DNA from: Alphaproteobacteria bacterium
GTDB lineage: Bacteria > Pseudomonadota > Alphaproteobacteria > SHVV01
Direction: 5' to 3'
Length of the DNA stretch: 64,000 bases
Assembly: GCA_965261735.1 (NCBI GenBank)
Contig: OZ253470.1
Coordinates: 448,001-512,000 of the forward strand
Position 1 is the stretch's first letter; every line of letters starts with the position of its first letter. Under the pieces are notes generated by a model. It made no database searches. It had not been told where the DNA came from and was given only the letters and a program-made list of their open reading frames with translations. Shown here one piece after another: positions 19,448 through 29,258 of this stretch. The position numbers and the translations under genes were made by a program.

Positions 19448-19520
19448 AACCGCGCTTCTGTCTAATGTCCGGCTGTGGCTAAGAGGCGAAGTTCGGATTA
19501 GGTCGCCGGTGCGACCGCTC

Positions 19521-20625
19521 CTTGGCTATCCGGTTTACACCCACACCCACTAGGGCTAGAATGGGTGCAACCCGGATATAGGGGAGCGCGCCATGGATGT
19601 TCTCGACCGCGCCGATCTCCCATTCCCGCATTCGCTACCCGAGTTCCAGCGACTTTTCCCCGATGATGCGGCCTGCGCCGCCTACCTGGAGAAAGCCCGC
19701 TGGGGAGACGGCTTTGCCTGCCCGCACTGCGGCACGGCGGGAGAGCCGTTCCACTTTGAAAACCGCCCTGGCGTCCTGCGCTGCCGCAAGTGCCGCCAGA
19801 ACACCGGGCTGACGGTGGGAACAGTGATGGAGCGTAGCCACACTCCGCTGAACGTCTGGTTCTGGGCCGCTTATCTGGTCGCCAGTCAGACGCCCGGCAT
19901 GTCCGCCGTGCAGTTTCAGCGGCAACTTGGTCTTTCGCGCTACGAGACGGCCTTTCAAATTCTCCACAAGCTCCGCTCGGGCATGGTGCGGCCCAACCAA
20001 GACAGGATCGGTGGACAGCCCAAGAACCATGTTGAGGTGGACGAAACCTGGGTTGGCGGGCGAACGCGTGGGGAAGGCCGTGGTGTTCACCACAAGGTTC
20101 CCGTCTCCTGTGCCATCGAGGTGCGTCATCGAAAGCCGGGCACCAAGCTCGACAACCGGAAAGACGGACGCTATGCCGGACGCGTTCGGCTCGCCGTCGT
20201 GCTCGACCGTAGCGCCGAGTCGCTCTGTGGGTTCGTCGAGAGCACCGTCGCGCCGCGATCGCTGATCGTTACTGACGATTGGAGCGGCTATGCTGGCCTC
20301 GGTAAGCGCGGCTATGAGCACTTCGCTGTTGCCGAGTGTGGTGATCCAGAGGTTGCCGAGCAATACCTGCCGATCATCCATCTGGTTTTCGCCAACCTGA
20401 AGACGTGGCTGATCGGTATCCACCACGGCGTTAGCCACCAGCACCTACAAGCCTACCTCAACGAGTTCACCTTCCGCTTCAACAGGCGGTTCTACCCGTT
20501 CAACGCCTTCCGCTCATTGCTCGGCATCGCGGGCGACACCTCTGCTCCAACCTATGCCGAGCTTTACTCGGGAGAGTGGCGGCACCCTACATGTAGCGGT
20601 CATGGGTGTTAACCGGATAGGCAAG
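19521..20625 (+). mobile_element. IS1595-family insertion sequence, copy 1 (complete, 1105 bp)
   Basis: 23-bp IRs CTTG(C/G)CTATCCGGTT(T/A)ACACCCA; 8-bp TSD GACCGCTC at 19513-19520 and 20626-20633. Confidence 0.95.
19593..20612 (+). CDS. IS1595-family transposase (intact)
   Basis: Zn ribbon CPHC...CRKC, VEVDETW, TDDW, YLNEFTFRFNRR. Confidence 0.95.
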   Translation: MDVLDRADLPFPHSLPEFQRLFPDDAACAAYLEKARWGDGFACPHCGTAGEPFHFENRPGVLRCRKCRQNTGLTVGTVMERSHTPLNVWFWAAYLVASQTPGMSAVQFQRQLGLSRYETAFQILHKLRSGMVRPNQDRIGGQPKNHVEVDETWVGGRTRGEGRGVHHKVPVSCAIEVRHRKPGTKLDNRKDGRYAGRVRLAVVLDRSAESLCGFVESTVAPRSLIVTDDWSGYAGLGKRGYEHFAVAECGDPEVAEQYLPIIHLVFANLKTWLIGIHHGVSHQHLQAYLNEFTFRFNRRFYPFNAFRSLLGIAGDTSAPTYAELYSGEWRHPTCSGHGC

Positions 20626-21060
20626 GACCGCTCTACCCCTGAAAGCCGACCATCGGGCGTAACGTCGGCCTTGCCCCGATTTCGTCTGCTCCACCCGAGG
20701 GAGCAGACCATCCTTTCGATCCAGCCGTTCGTCTGGTCCTGACCCTATCCGGACGTCGCTCGAGATGACATCAGCTACCGTTTGAAATCGGCAGTAGCGC
20801 GACAAGTGACGTGTAGCGGCCCCGGGCTTGATGCGGCGCCGCCGAGCTGTTGAGACTCTGGGCAACGCGAGGGTGGCGCCGGTCCCAGCGCCTTCTCTCG
20901 AATCGAAGGTGTGAGCTGACGGGCTAATCCTGAGGTGTGGGCACTACCGGTTTTACATACGCGAACGGCCACACCGTCAAATACACCCTCTGTGCATCCG
21001 AAGGCGTCGACATCAAGCAGGGGCACGACATGCCGGCGCACCAAGTGGCGCGGATCATGC

Positions 21061-21231
21061 TCACCCGTCGGGCGGCGTTCGCATCGCCTTTCTGAGCCGC
21101 CGGACTTCCCACCAGACCCAGATGCCGCCGCCGATGACGAGCACGAGTACAAGCACCATCACCGTTTTTATGAATAGGTTCCAGATCAAAAGGAGCAAGA
21201 CCGCGCCTAAGGCGATCCACAAGCGAAACAT
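21061..21231 (-). CDS. Small membrane protein (56 aa, two hydrophobic segments), absent from the ORF track
   Basis: AAGGA RBS; MFRLWIALGAVLLLLIWNLFIKTVMVLVLVLVIGGGIWVWWEVRRLRKAMRTPPDG*. Confidence 0.6.
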   Translation of the reverse strand: MFRLWIALGAVLLLLIWNLFIKTVMVLVLVLVIGGGIWVWWEVRRLRKAMRTPPDG

Positions 21232-21668
21232 ATTCTTGTCCTTTCTCGGTCGTCGGCGTTGGTTCAGCTCTCAACGGCTACGACGTCGGGATCGTGGTCT
21301 CGCTCCCTGATATCGACTCTGCCGAGGTCGAAATCTGCGTTGAGAAAGTCGATTTCCACAGCGCGGGCAAGCCTGGCACCGATCGCATGCTGCTCGATGA
21401 CGGAACTGGTGGGTTCAGCAAACGAACGTTTTCGAGAGCGAACGTATGTTTAGCGGCCGAAAACAGACGCTCTCGCAGGCTTTACGTCACGTCCGGAGAT
21501 GAACCAGAAGGAGGCACTGGCGATCTGTTCGGATATCCAGGGGTTTCCGTACACGCGGGATCGTCCGGATAAAACCCAGCACTAGATACTGGACGTGCCG
21601 CGCATGAAAGGGGCGAGATCAACCAAACACGCATCTGCGACAGCCGCTCAGTTGGAAAGCCCCTGTGG

Positions 21669-23054
21669 TTATTTTCGAAAGTCCGCGTAATCGGCACGTT
21701 GCCCGCGATTGCTTTCGTTTGATCTGGTGGCGTCGGTCTCGCGCCAGGTCTTGGCTTGCATTATGCCGAACGGACGGCGGACCGAGTTGGGCGCAATACC
21801 GGCGCGGAGCGCGCTGAGGACGCCGGCCGCTTCCCAGTAGTTTTCGACGACGAATAGCTGGTGGGGTTGCCACGGCAATATCGTCAGATCGTTGCGCATG
21901 ACGCCGCGCCCCTCGCGGATGGCGATGACCGGGATGCCTTGTTCCAGGGCGGCCAGCGTCGGTAGCCCGATGCAGCCATCCGGTAGGATCAGGCACGAGA
22001 CGTTCTCTGCGGTTAGCACGTCGGCGACCCGCATCTCGACCGGGTCGACGACGATGCGTGGGCTTTGCTTAAGTCCTTTGAGTACGCATTGCAGGAACGA
22101 CGACGAGATCGCTTCCGCGGCCATGCGGGGATCGACCCGGCCGGGATCCGCGAACAGGATGTCGCGCGACTCCATCATCGGCGCGTGAGCGGACGGCACG
22201 TCGAAGACGTGCGCGACAGCGTGGGTCAACATCGCCTCGACGCCGCCCCACGGATTGATCATGTCGCCGTTGCTGTCGAAATAGCGGTCGTGATAGCCCT
22301 CCGGCACGTCAATCAGCGATGAAATCGCGATCGCGTCGTAACTGTCTCGCGTCTCGCGCAGCAGCTCGAACAGTCGGCCGATGCCACGGCCCGACCCGGC
22401 GGCCCGGCCCGACGCGGTATAGCTGGCTTCCAACTCCAAAGGTGGGTCGAGTCTATAGATCCCAGCGCATTCGAGCCCATAAATGGCGCGCGCCGCCTCC
22501 ACGGTGTTGAGGGCGAGGTTCTCGATCATCTCGTCCGAACGGGCATCAATCACTACGAGCACGCGATTGGCGCGCACCGGCCTGAGCCCTATGGTTCCCA
22601 TCAACAGGCGGCAAATCACGCTGCCTTCGACGTAGGAGGCGTTCGCGGGAATCTCGTTGATGTCGCTGGCGTTGACGACGTTGGGGTGGGTGATGAGGTG
22701 ATCGCAGCAGGTAGCGAACAGCTGCGCCGCCGGGGTCGCGTCACCGGCGTGGCCGCCGACCTCCGCGCCGATCCCCGTCGGCACTAGATAGACTGCGTTG
22801 AAACCGCTAGCCGATTCGGCCGACCGCCGTTCGAACGCGAAGATCGTGCGCTCGCCTAACCGCTCGACGTCACGCGCGCCGACTAGGCAGCCGATCTCGC
22901 ACTGGTATTGGCCGTCCTCGATGGCGGTGACGGCAAGGCGCACCGGAACCTCCCCCTCCGCGACGCGGAGAGACAGCGCCTTTTCCATGTGCCCGATTAG
23001 ACCGGCGTGACCGGGCGCCAGCGGGATGGCGACGCGCAGTTCACGCAACTGCAC
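21669..23054 (-). CDS. DUF3326-domain protein
   Basis: VPTGIGAEVGGHAGDA, LITHPNVVNA, YVEG, NPWGGVEAMLTH, AHAP, VDPRMAAE. Confidence 0.85.
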   Translation of the reverse strand: MQLRELRVAIPLAPGHAGLIGHMEKALSLRVAEGEVPVRLAVTAIEDGQYQCEIGCLVGARDVERLGERTIFAFERRSAESASGFNAVYLVPTGIGAEVGGHAGDATPAAQLFATCCDHLITHPNVVNASDINEIPANASYVEGSVICRLLMGTIGLRPVRANRVLVVIDARSDEMIENLALNTVEAARAIYGLECAGIYRLDPPLELEASYTASGRAAGSGRGIGRLFELLRETRDSYDAIAISSLIDVPEGYHDRYFDSNGDMINPWGGVEAMLTHAVAHVFDVPSAHAPMMESRDILFADPGRVDPRMAAEAISSSFLQCVLKGLKQSPRIVVDPVEMRVADVLTAENVSCLILPDGCIGLPTLAALEQGIPVIAIREGRGVMRNDLTILPWQPHQLFVVENYWEAAGVLSALRAGIAPNSVRRPFGIMQAKTWRETDATRSNESNRGQRADYADFRK

Positions 23055-24204
23055 GGTCGGCGATCCCAGACAGTTGGGCGAACTCTTCGAACGAATCCTC
23101 GCGGACCAGTTTCAGCGACCCGTCGCGCCGGCGCAGGTAGATCGACGGCAGGCCAACGCCGTTGAAGCGGTGGGCCTTGGAAATCGTGTAGGCCCCCATA
23201 TTGAGAAACGTCAACCGCGACCCGACCGCAAGCGGCATGTCGAACGCGTATTCGCCGAAAACGTCCCCCGCCATGCAGGTACATCCGGCAAGTATATAGC
23301 CGTGCAATCCGCCGGCCACGTGGCCCAAAATGTCCGGTTCGAACTGAAACTCGAAAACCTCGGGCATGTGGTTGACCGCCGTGTCCAAGACCGCGATCTG
23401 GAGATCGTCCCCTCCGAGGATGTCGTGCACCGTCGCCTCGATCGTTCCCGCGCGGCGGACCAGCGCCGCGCCCGGTTCGATGAAGACGTCGAGGCCGAAG
23501 CGTTGGCGGAAGATCGCGACCGCGTCAAAAAAATCGGCTAGGTCGTCCGCCTCGATGAACAGGTAGCCACCGCCCAGGTTGATCCAGTCCATGCGCTCCA
23601 ACACGTGCGGGATCACGTCCTCGATGTGGCGCGCGGTCGCCAGCAGGCTGGCAAAGTCGGTCTCGTCGCAATTGGTATGAAAATGCAAGCCGCCGATGCC
23701 CTCGAGCCGGCCGGGGTCGGACCTGGCTAGCTCGGCCAGATCGTGGACCGGCACGCCGAGCTTGGAATTGCGCCGGCAAGGGTCGTAGCGCTGGTCGCGC
23801 ACGAAGGAAAGTTGCGGATTGATGCGGAGCCCCTGGCGGGTCCGGGACGAGGCCTTCTTACCCAGCCGCTCCCACTGCGATAGCGAGTTGAAGGTCACGG
23901 ACGCGAGGCGGTCGCCGAATACCTCCAAGGTTTCCGCTTTGACTAAGGGGCTAATCAAATGCAAGGGCCCCCCGTCGCCACACAGGCGCTCGATCAGCTT
24001 GAGCTCGTAGGGCGAACTGCAAGCAAAACCGTCCACATTTTGCGACACGGGTTGCAGGACGTCGGACAACGCGCATGCCTTGGGGGAATAGAGCAATTTG
24101 CACGAGGCTTGGTCCGCGATCTCGCGAACCGCCGCCAGGTCCGCTTCCAGGGTCTTTTGGTCGATCACGAAGGCCGGCGTTGCGATGGGCGTCGCCAAAG
24201 TCAT
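23041..24204 (-). CDS. nspC: Carboxynorspermidine/carboxyspermidine decarboxylase (PLP-dependent)
   Basis: YDPC..SKLG, GLHFH, WINLGGG, EPG, HMPE, TCMAGDVFGEY, FNGVGLP. Confidence 0.85.
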   Translation of the reverse strand: MTLATPIATPAFVIDQKTLEADLAAVREIADQASCKLLYSPKACALSDVLQPVSQNVDGFACSSPYELKLIERLCGDGGPLHLISPLVKAETLEVFGDRLASVTFNSLSQWERLGKKASSRTRQGLRINPQLSFVRDQRYDPCRRNSKLGVPVHDLAELARSDPGRLEGIGGLHFHTNCDETDFASLLATARHIEDVIPHVLERMDWINLGGGYLFIEADDLADFFDAVAIFRQRFGLDVFIEPGAALVRRAGTIEATVHDILGGDDLQIAVLDTAVNHMPEVFEFQFEPDILGHVAGGLHGYILAGCTCMAGDVFGEYAFDMPLAVGSRLTFLNMGAYTISKAHRFNGVGLPSIYLRRRDGSLKLVREDSFEEFAQLSGIADRAVA

Positions 24205-24208
24205 TCCC

Positions 24209-25369
24209 TCAATCCAATATCACGTGCGGAACGAAACGGGCATCCGGGCTCGTCACTAGGTTTCGGTCCTCGCGAATGCACAACCCCGCCGATCGGCCGG
24301 CCACCATCCAACAGCCGACGAGAGGATAGATGCCGTCGAATTCCGGCAGCGGGTGAAACGCCTGGACGATGTAGCCCTCCTCACCATAGGGGCCGCCACG
24401 GCGCAACGCTACGTCGTCTTCGCCATGGATCTCGACGTTCCAACCCTGGCGCGAAAGCAACGGCTTGCGGACAAAATTGGGCGGCAGGTCCGCCGCCCGC
24501 GGATCGCCCTCGAAATAGGAAGGCAGCAGGTTGGGGTGGCCCTCGAACATTTCCCACAAGAAGGGGAGCAGGCCCTTGTTGGCGAGGACCGCTTTCCACG
24601 GCGGCTCGAGGAAATGAACGTCGCTCGTCGGCAGGTAGCGTGCGAAATCCTCGCCCATTATCCATTCCCAGGGATAAAGCTTGAACATCGAGGAAATGAC
24701 CTCGTCTTCGAGGTCGGTGAAGTGCCCCTGCAAGTCGACCCCGATATCCTTCATGGCGATGAAGCGCGTCTCGAGACCCGCATCCCGCGCACAGTCCTCG
24801 AGATAGTCGATGGTCCCCTTGTCGTCCTCGATCTCTTCGATGCAGGCGAAATGAAGCAGTCCCTCGACGCCGAGATTGGCAATCGCGCCGAGCAGGTCCT
24901 CGTAGAGTTCGTTGAACTGATCGCATTCCTTGGGGATGAGGTCCAGGGCCGCCGCCTGTTCCAGCCACAGCCACTGGAATTCCGAGGACTCGTAGAGCGC
25001 CGTCGGCGTATCCGCATTGTATTCAAGCAGCTTGGCGTCGCCGGTGCCGTCGTAGGAAAAGTCCATGCGCCCGTACAGGTCCTTCTCCCGGCCGCGCCAG
25101 CTATCGGCGACATAGTCCCAATAGGACTCCGGAATGCGAAGCCGGCGAAAGATCGTATCGTCGGCCACGGCCCGGTCCAACAGCTCGTGGCACATGCCCT
25201 CGATGGCGTCGCCGCAGCGTTCGATGTCGTCTTCGATCTGCCTCAGCGTGAAGCGGTAATAGACGCTTTCGTCCCAATAGCGCACACCGCCCGCTTCGTC
25301 GCGTTCGAACGCGTGGTCGAGCGCCGTCCGTTCGAGATCCGGGCGCGCGGCTACAGGAACGCGCTGCAT
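24209..25369 (-). CDS. Glutathionylspermidine synthase-like ATP-grasp protein (YjfC/YgiC family)
   Basis: YWDES, LYGRMDF, KLLEYNADTPT, FKLYPWEW, EPPWK, HPNLLP, FVPH. Confidence 0.92.
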   Translation of the reverse strand: MQRVPVAARPDLERTALDHAFERDEAGGVRYWDESVYYRFTLRQIEDDIERCGDAIEGMCHELLDRAVADDTIFRRLRIPESYWDYVADSWRGREKDLYGRMDFSYDGTGDAKLLEYNADTPTALYESSEFQWLWLEQAAALDLIPKECDQFNELYEDLLGAIANLGVEGLLHFACIEEIEDDKGTIDYLEDCARDAGLETRFIAMKDIGVDLQGHFTDLEDEVISSMFKLYPWEWIMGEDFARYLPTSDVHFLEPPWKAVLANKGLLPFLWEMFEGHPNLLPSYFEGDPRAADLPPNFVRKPLLSRQGWNVEIHGEDDVALRRGGPYGEEGYIVQAFHPLPEFDGIYPLVGCWMVAGRSAGLCIREDRNLVTSPDARFVPHVILD

Positions 25370-25414
25370 GCGGAGTGAACGGGGACGGCCGGGCGGGTGC
25401 GCGACGCGGCCGGA

Positions 25415-26107
25415 TCAGGCGCCGCGTTGTGCCCTGAGACGCGCCAGCACGTCGCCGCCCTTCGCGCCACCATCGACGATCCCGGCGGCTTTGAGCTTGT
25501 CGTCGAGACTGACCTCTTCGGTCGAAAGGGCGAGTTCGTTGGCGGCTTCGAACCTCGCAGCGCGTTCCGACTGTTTCGTTTTCAGCCGTTGCAAACTGTC
25601 GAGGGCGCCCTGCATGCTCGAACCGGCACCGGCGTGGCGTGCCGCGACCGCGGCCTGGGCGCGTTGGACCGTTTCCGTCGCCTTGACCGTGTCGACCTGC
25701 TGCTTGAGCCGTTTCAGGTTGGCCTCGGTTTGGCCGACGGCGCGGCGAAGTTGCGCCTCGTTGTTGGCGAAGGACTTGGCGAGGCCTTCTTCGCCGGCGA
25801 GTTCGGCTTCCAGCCCGGCGATCTTGTCAGCGATCTCCGTCGCCAGGGTTTCGTCGCCCTTGTCGAGCGCCTGCATGGCGTAGCCTTCATATTCCTTGAT
25901 CGAGGCCTTTAGGGATTCGACCTTCTTGTCGGCGATCTTGCGCTTGGCGATGATTCCGGTCAGAGCTTCCTTCGAGCGGATGAGTCCGTTATCGGCGTCG
26001 CGGATTTCCTGGTCGAGGATGCGCAGCGCCTGACTGTCGACGATCGCCTCGCCGGCTTCGTTGACGCCGCCGCGGATGGCCGTCGCGACTTTTGCCCAAA
26101 TATTCAA
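25415..26107 (-). CDS. PspA/IM30-family protein (YjfJ-like)
   Basis: AGGAG RBS plus TTG start; NIWAKVATAIRG, ILDQEIRDA, long coiled coil, DVLARL tail. Confidence 0.9.
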   Translation of the reverse strand: MNIWAKVATAIRGGVNEAGEAIVDSQALRILDQEIRDADNGLIRSKEALTGIIAKRKIADKKVESLKASIKEYEGYAMQALDKGDETLATEIADKIAGLEAELAGEEGLAKSFANNEAQLRRAVGQTEANLKRLKQQVDTVKATETVQRAQAAVAARHAGAGSSMQGALDSLQRLKTKQSERAARFEAANELALSTEEVSLDDKLKAAGIVDGGAKGGDVLARLRAQRGA

Positions 26108-26156
26108 ATGCCTTACTCCTTCGTCAGATTCGTTGCGCGTGTTGCGGCGCAAATGT

Positions 26157-26780
26157 TCAAGCGACCTTCTTCAGGTCCGATTGGTAGGCCTCGGCGACCT
26201 GCATCGCGTTGTCGGCCAGTGTTTCGATTTCGAAAATGACCGATTGCAAAATCGAACCCGCGTTGAGTGCGCCGAACAGTTCGTAATAATCCTTTCCGTC
26301 GGGCCCCGTGCGGATACCGAAGGTCGACAACGCCAAGAGCTTGTGGGTCTTCAGGATCGTGGCATTGAATTCGGCGGGGTCCGCCACGTTATCCACGGGC
26401 CAAAGCAGGGTATCGACCAGGATCTGCCCACCGCTGACGCTCATGAGGAGGGGCAGATCGCCGAACTCCGTCATGGTGATGAGAATCCCCGGATCGGCAC
26501 CTTCCACAAGTTCGACGATAAAATCGCCGGACGACGCAGGCTCCGATTGAGCCAACGCCGCACATAGGGTCTCTGTAGTCCAGTTTTCGTCTTGGCTCAT
26601 GGTTCTCTTCCTAATGGTTCTTGGAATGAAGGGAATAACGCCCTCCCTGAGCGCCGCCTGACAGTCCTTGAGGACCCTGACGAATTGGGGTGGAATCCAA
26701 ATCTCGCACTTGACGAAGCCCCGCTCGCGCAAGCGCGCGCGGTAGCGGGACTGATAATAGGATGACTTTTTCGTTGCCAT
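26157..26780 (-). CDS. YjfI-family (DUF2170) protein with basic N-terminal extension
   Basis: FGDLPL, QILVDTLLWP, LSTFGI, YYELFGAL, EIETLADN; first ~60 aa form a separate basic domain. Confidence 0.85.
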   Translation of the reverse strand: MATKKSSYYQSRYRARLRERGFVKCEIWIPPQFVRVLKDCQAALREGVIPFIPRTIRKRTMSQDENWTTETLCAALAQSEPASSGDFIVELVEGADPGILITMTEFGDLPLLMSVSGGQILVDTLLWPVDNVADPAEFNATILKTHKLLALSTFGIRTGPDGKDYYELFGALNAGSILQSVIFEIETLADNAMQVAEAYQSDLKKVA

Positions 26781-26800
26781 CAGGCCAGCCGCTTTGGTCC

Positions 26801-26826
26801 TTTACATGTAACATATAACATGTAAA
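26801..26826. promoter_or_regulatory. Putative operator in the divergent promoter region
   Basis: TTTACATGT-N8-ACATGTAAA perfect inverted repeat, also 3x ACAT(G/A)TA in tandem, 20 bp upstream of the yjfI start. Confidence 0.65.
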
Positions 26827-26952
26827 ATAGAAACCAAGAGTTTTTTGATGAGACAGGAACGAAGCGCCGGGAATTGTGCATCGACAGGAGCTTGTAGCCA
26901 GATGCACGAGCGGGTTGGCAAGGACAAGCGCCGATCGACTTGGCTGACTTGA

Positions 26953-28065
26953 ATGCACATCATTCTGTCGCGAGTCGCGAAACGCATCTTCGCCAGGATC
27001 GTCGGGCTGAGTTGGGATGCGGTCCTCGTCCTCGCGGCCTGCCATTTCGCCATATCTTGGGGCGTGATAGCCCTTGCCGGCAGCGAGGAAATAACCGAGG
27101 TCGGCATATTTTGGTACTTTTACCTCACCACTGCCACCACCGTGGGTTATGGCGACTACTCGCCGGCAACCTCGGCCGGACGACTGGTCACCGTGTTGTG
27201 GGTCATGCCCGGCGGCATCGCGCTGTTTACGACGGTCATCGCCAAAGCGGTGCAACAGGTATCCGACCGATGGAGGAAAGGCGTGCGCGGACAATCGAGT
27301 TACGAGAATCTGGCGGCTCACATCGTCATTCTCGGCTGGCATGGCTTCCAGACCCAGCGGATGGTCGATCAACTCCGCGGCGACATTGGCGAAAAGGACC
27401 GTGAAATAGTCTTGTGCACGACCCAGGACATCGACAACCCGATGCCCGATCAGGTGCGCTTCGTCCGCGGCGCCGAGCTCAACACGCCGGACGTGCTGAC
27501 CCGCGCCGGTGTGGCCACGGCCGGGTACATCATCGCCCTCGGCCATGACGACAGCGAGACCCTCGCCGCCGCCTTGGGAGCCGCTGCGGTCAACCACGAC
27601 GCCCATATCGTCGCCTATTTCGACCACGAGAGTTTCGCGAATCTCCTTAAGGCCCATTGTCCGCTCGCCGAATGCAACGTGTCGCTGTCGATCGAGCTCA
27701 TGGTGCGCTCGGCCCAGGATCCCGGTTCGAGCCGCGTCCAGCGCCAATTGCTGTCGACCCTGGAAGGACCGACCCAATTTAGTCTCACGGTGCCGCAGGA
27801 CGCCGACGCGGTGAGTTACGGCGCCCTGTTCGCGAAGTTGAAGGAAAACCACGACGCGACCTTGATTGGCGTCGCCGAAAGCGCCTTGGGCGACGACCTC
27901 ATCCTCAACGCGCCGTCGGGTTACCGGGTCGATCCCGGAACGATTGTCTATTTCCTGGCGGCGCGGCGGATCGAGCCGGGCGAGATCGATTGGCCGGCGC
28001 TAAGGGCAGGGCAGGCCATGCCTCGCATCGCTAACACGTCGCCAAACCCAGGATGCTCGACATGA
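26953..28065 (+). CDS. Potassium channel protein (2TM pore plus RCK/TrkA-N domain)
   Basis: TTVGYGD selectivity filter; HIVILGW Rossmann-like start. Confidence 0.92.
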   Translation: MHIILSRVAKRIFARIVGLSWDAVLVLAACHFAISWGVIALAGSEEITEVGIFWYFYLTTATTVGYGDYSPATSAGRLVTVLWVMPGGIALFTTVIAKAVQQVSDRWRKGVRGQSSYENLAAHIVILGWHGFQTQRMVDQLRGDIGEKDREIVLCTTQDIDNPMPDQVRFVRGAELNTPDVLTRAGVATAGYIIALGHDDSETLAAALGAAAVNHDAHIVAYFDHESFANLLKAHCPLAECNVSLSIELMVRSAQDPGSSRVQRQLLSTLEGPTQFSLTVPQDADAVSYGALFAKLKENHDATLIGVAESALGDDLILNAPSGYRVDPGTIVYFLAARRIEPGEIDWPALRAGQAMPRIANTSPNPGCST

Positions 28066-28754
28066 TCGGCGGCACTATGAAATCGCTCTTCAAGAGCGGT
28101 GTGCGCGACGTCAGGAACAAATTCTCCAAACGCGGCGAGGACGATGAATTGCCGATGCCGTTGGGCTTGCGCATCGGCGCGGCGGTCGATATCGACACTT
28201 TGCCGTTGCGCATGCACGCCGACGACCTGCATGTCGAGTTGCCGGAGGAAACGATCCTGATCGTCGCACAGGGATTTGTCGATCTCGGCGACGACGCGTA
28301 CGTGCACCGCTATTACGGCGAGGACGACACGATGATCCAGGTGCTCACGGTCAACGGCGTCGCCGACCAGCATGTCGAGGAAGTCACCCTTTATGTGCCG
28401 TACAAAAGCTTCTATCCGGGTAGCCAGGGGGAATGGGCGCAATGGACCGCGAAGGGGGGTAAGATGGGCGCGCCCACCTACCGGTTCGACGACGGCACGG
28501 AGTATGAACGTATTTGGTTCGACACCACGCCGGGCCACGCCGATCCGGTGGTGTTCACCGAGGAAGTTTACGAAGATGCCGAAACCGGAGAGGCGAGCGA
28601 CGTCGTCCAGCAGGTCATGCTGTTCGGCCGCAACCTGGAAGAGGGAAAAAAGAACGAGTACCTCTTGATAACGGTCGAGGCCTACGAAGGGGAAAGGACC
28701 GTGGAGCTCATGGTCGGCGTGGACCTCGACCTCTCCACGGTGAAAGTCATTTGA
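28053..28754 (+). CDS. YjfK-family (DUF2491) protein
   Basis: PLGLRIGA, GFVDLG, HRYY, MLFGR, EYLLI; locus context. Confidence 0.8.
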   Translation: MLDMIGGTMKSLFKSGVRDVRNKFSKRGEDDELPMPLGLRIGAAVDIDTLPLRMHADDLHVELPEETILIVAQGFVDLGDDAYVHRYYGEDDTMIQVLTVNGVADQHVEEVTLYVPYKSFYPGSQGEWAQWTAKGGKMGAPTYRFDDGTEYERIWFDTTPGHADPVVFTEEVYEDAETGEASDVVQQVMLFGRNLEEGKKNEYLLITVEAYEGERTVELMVGVDLDLSTVKVI

Positions 28755-28828
28755 CGGGAAAGGTCGGAACCGGCGGCCCAACGAACGTCGCCAAAAACAC
28801 CGGCCGAGAGTCCGGAAAGGGGTTTTGA

Positions 28829-29242
28829 ATGGTTGCGCAGCTCAACCTATATTTGACGGAGTTGCCGGAGTTCTTGGCGTTCCTCGTCGTCTCCCTCATC
28901 CTGATGATCGTATTCGTCGCGGTCTATACCAACGTCACTCGGCACAACGAGATCAAGCTGATCAAGGAGAACTCGGTCGCCGCCGCGGTCGCCTTTTCGG
29001 GCAGCATGATCGGTTTCGCTCTGCCGCTGGCGAGCGCCATGATCAGTTCACGCACGATCCTTGAGATGATCATCTGGGGCGTGGTCGCGCTGATCGTGCA
29101 GATCCTCGTCTATCTCCTCGTGCGGCTGCCGATGCCGCGGGTATCGCAGCGTATCGAGAACAACGAGATCGCCGCCGGCATCTGGCTCGGCGCCTCGTCG
29201 CTCAGCGCCGGCATCCTGAATGCCGCCAGCATGACCCCGTGA
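28829..29242 (+). CDS. DUF350 membrane protein (YjfL-like)
   Basis: Four hydrophobic helices; EIKLIKEN, GFALPLA, GILNAASMT. Confidence 0.88.
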   Translation: MVAQLNLYLTELPEFLAFLVVSLILMIVFVAVYTNVTRHNEIKLIKENSVAAAVAFSGSMIGFALPLASAMISSRTILEMIIWGVVALIVQILVYLLVRLPMPRVSQRIENNEIAAGIWLGASSLSAGILNAASMTP

Positions 29243-29258
29243 GAAAGGAGTGCGTTCG

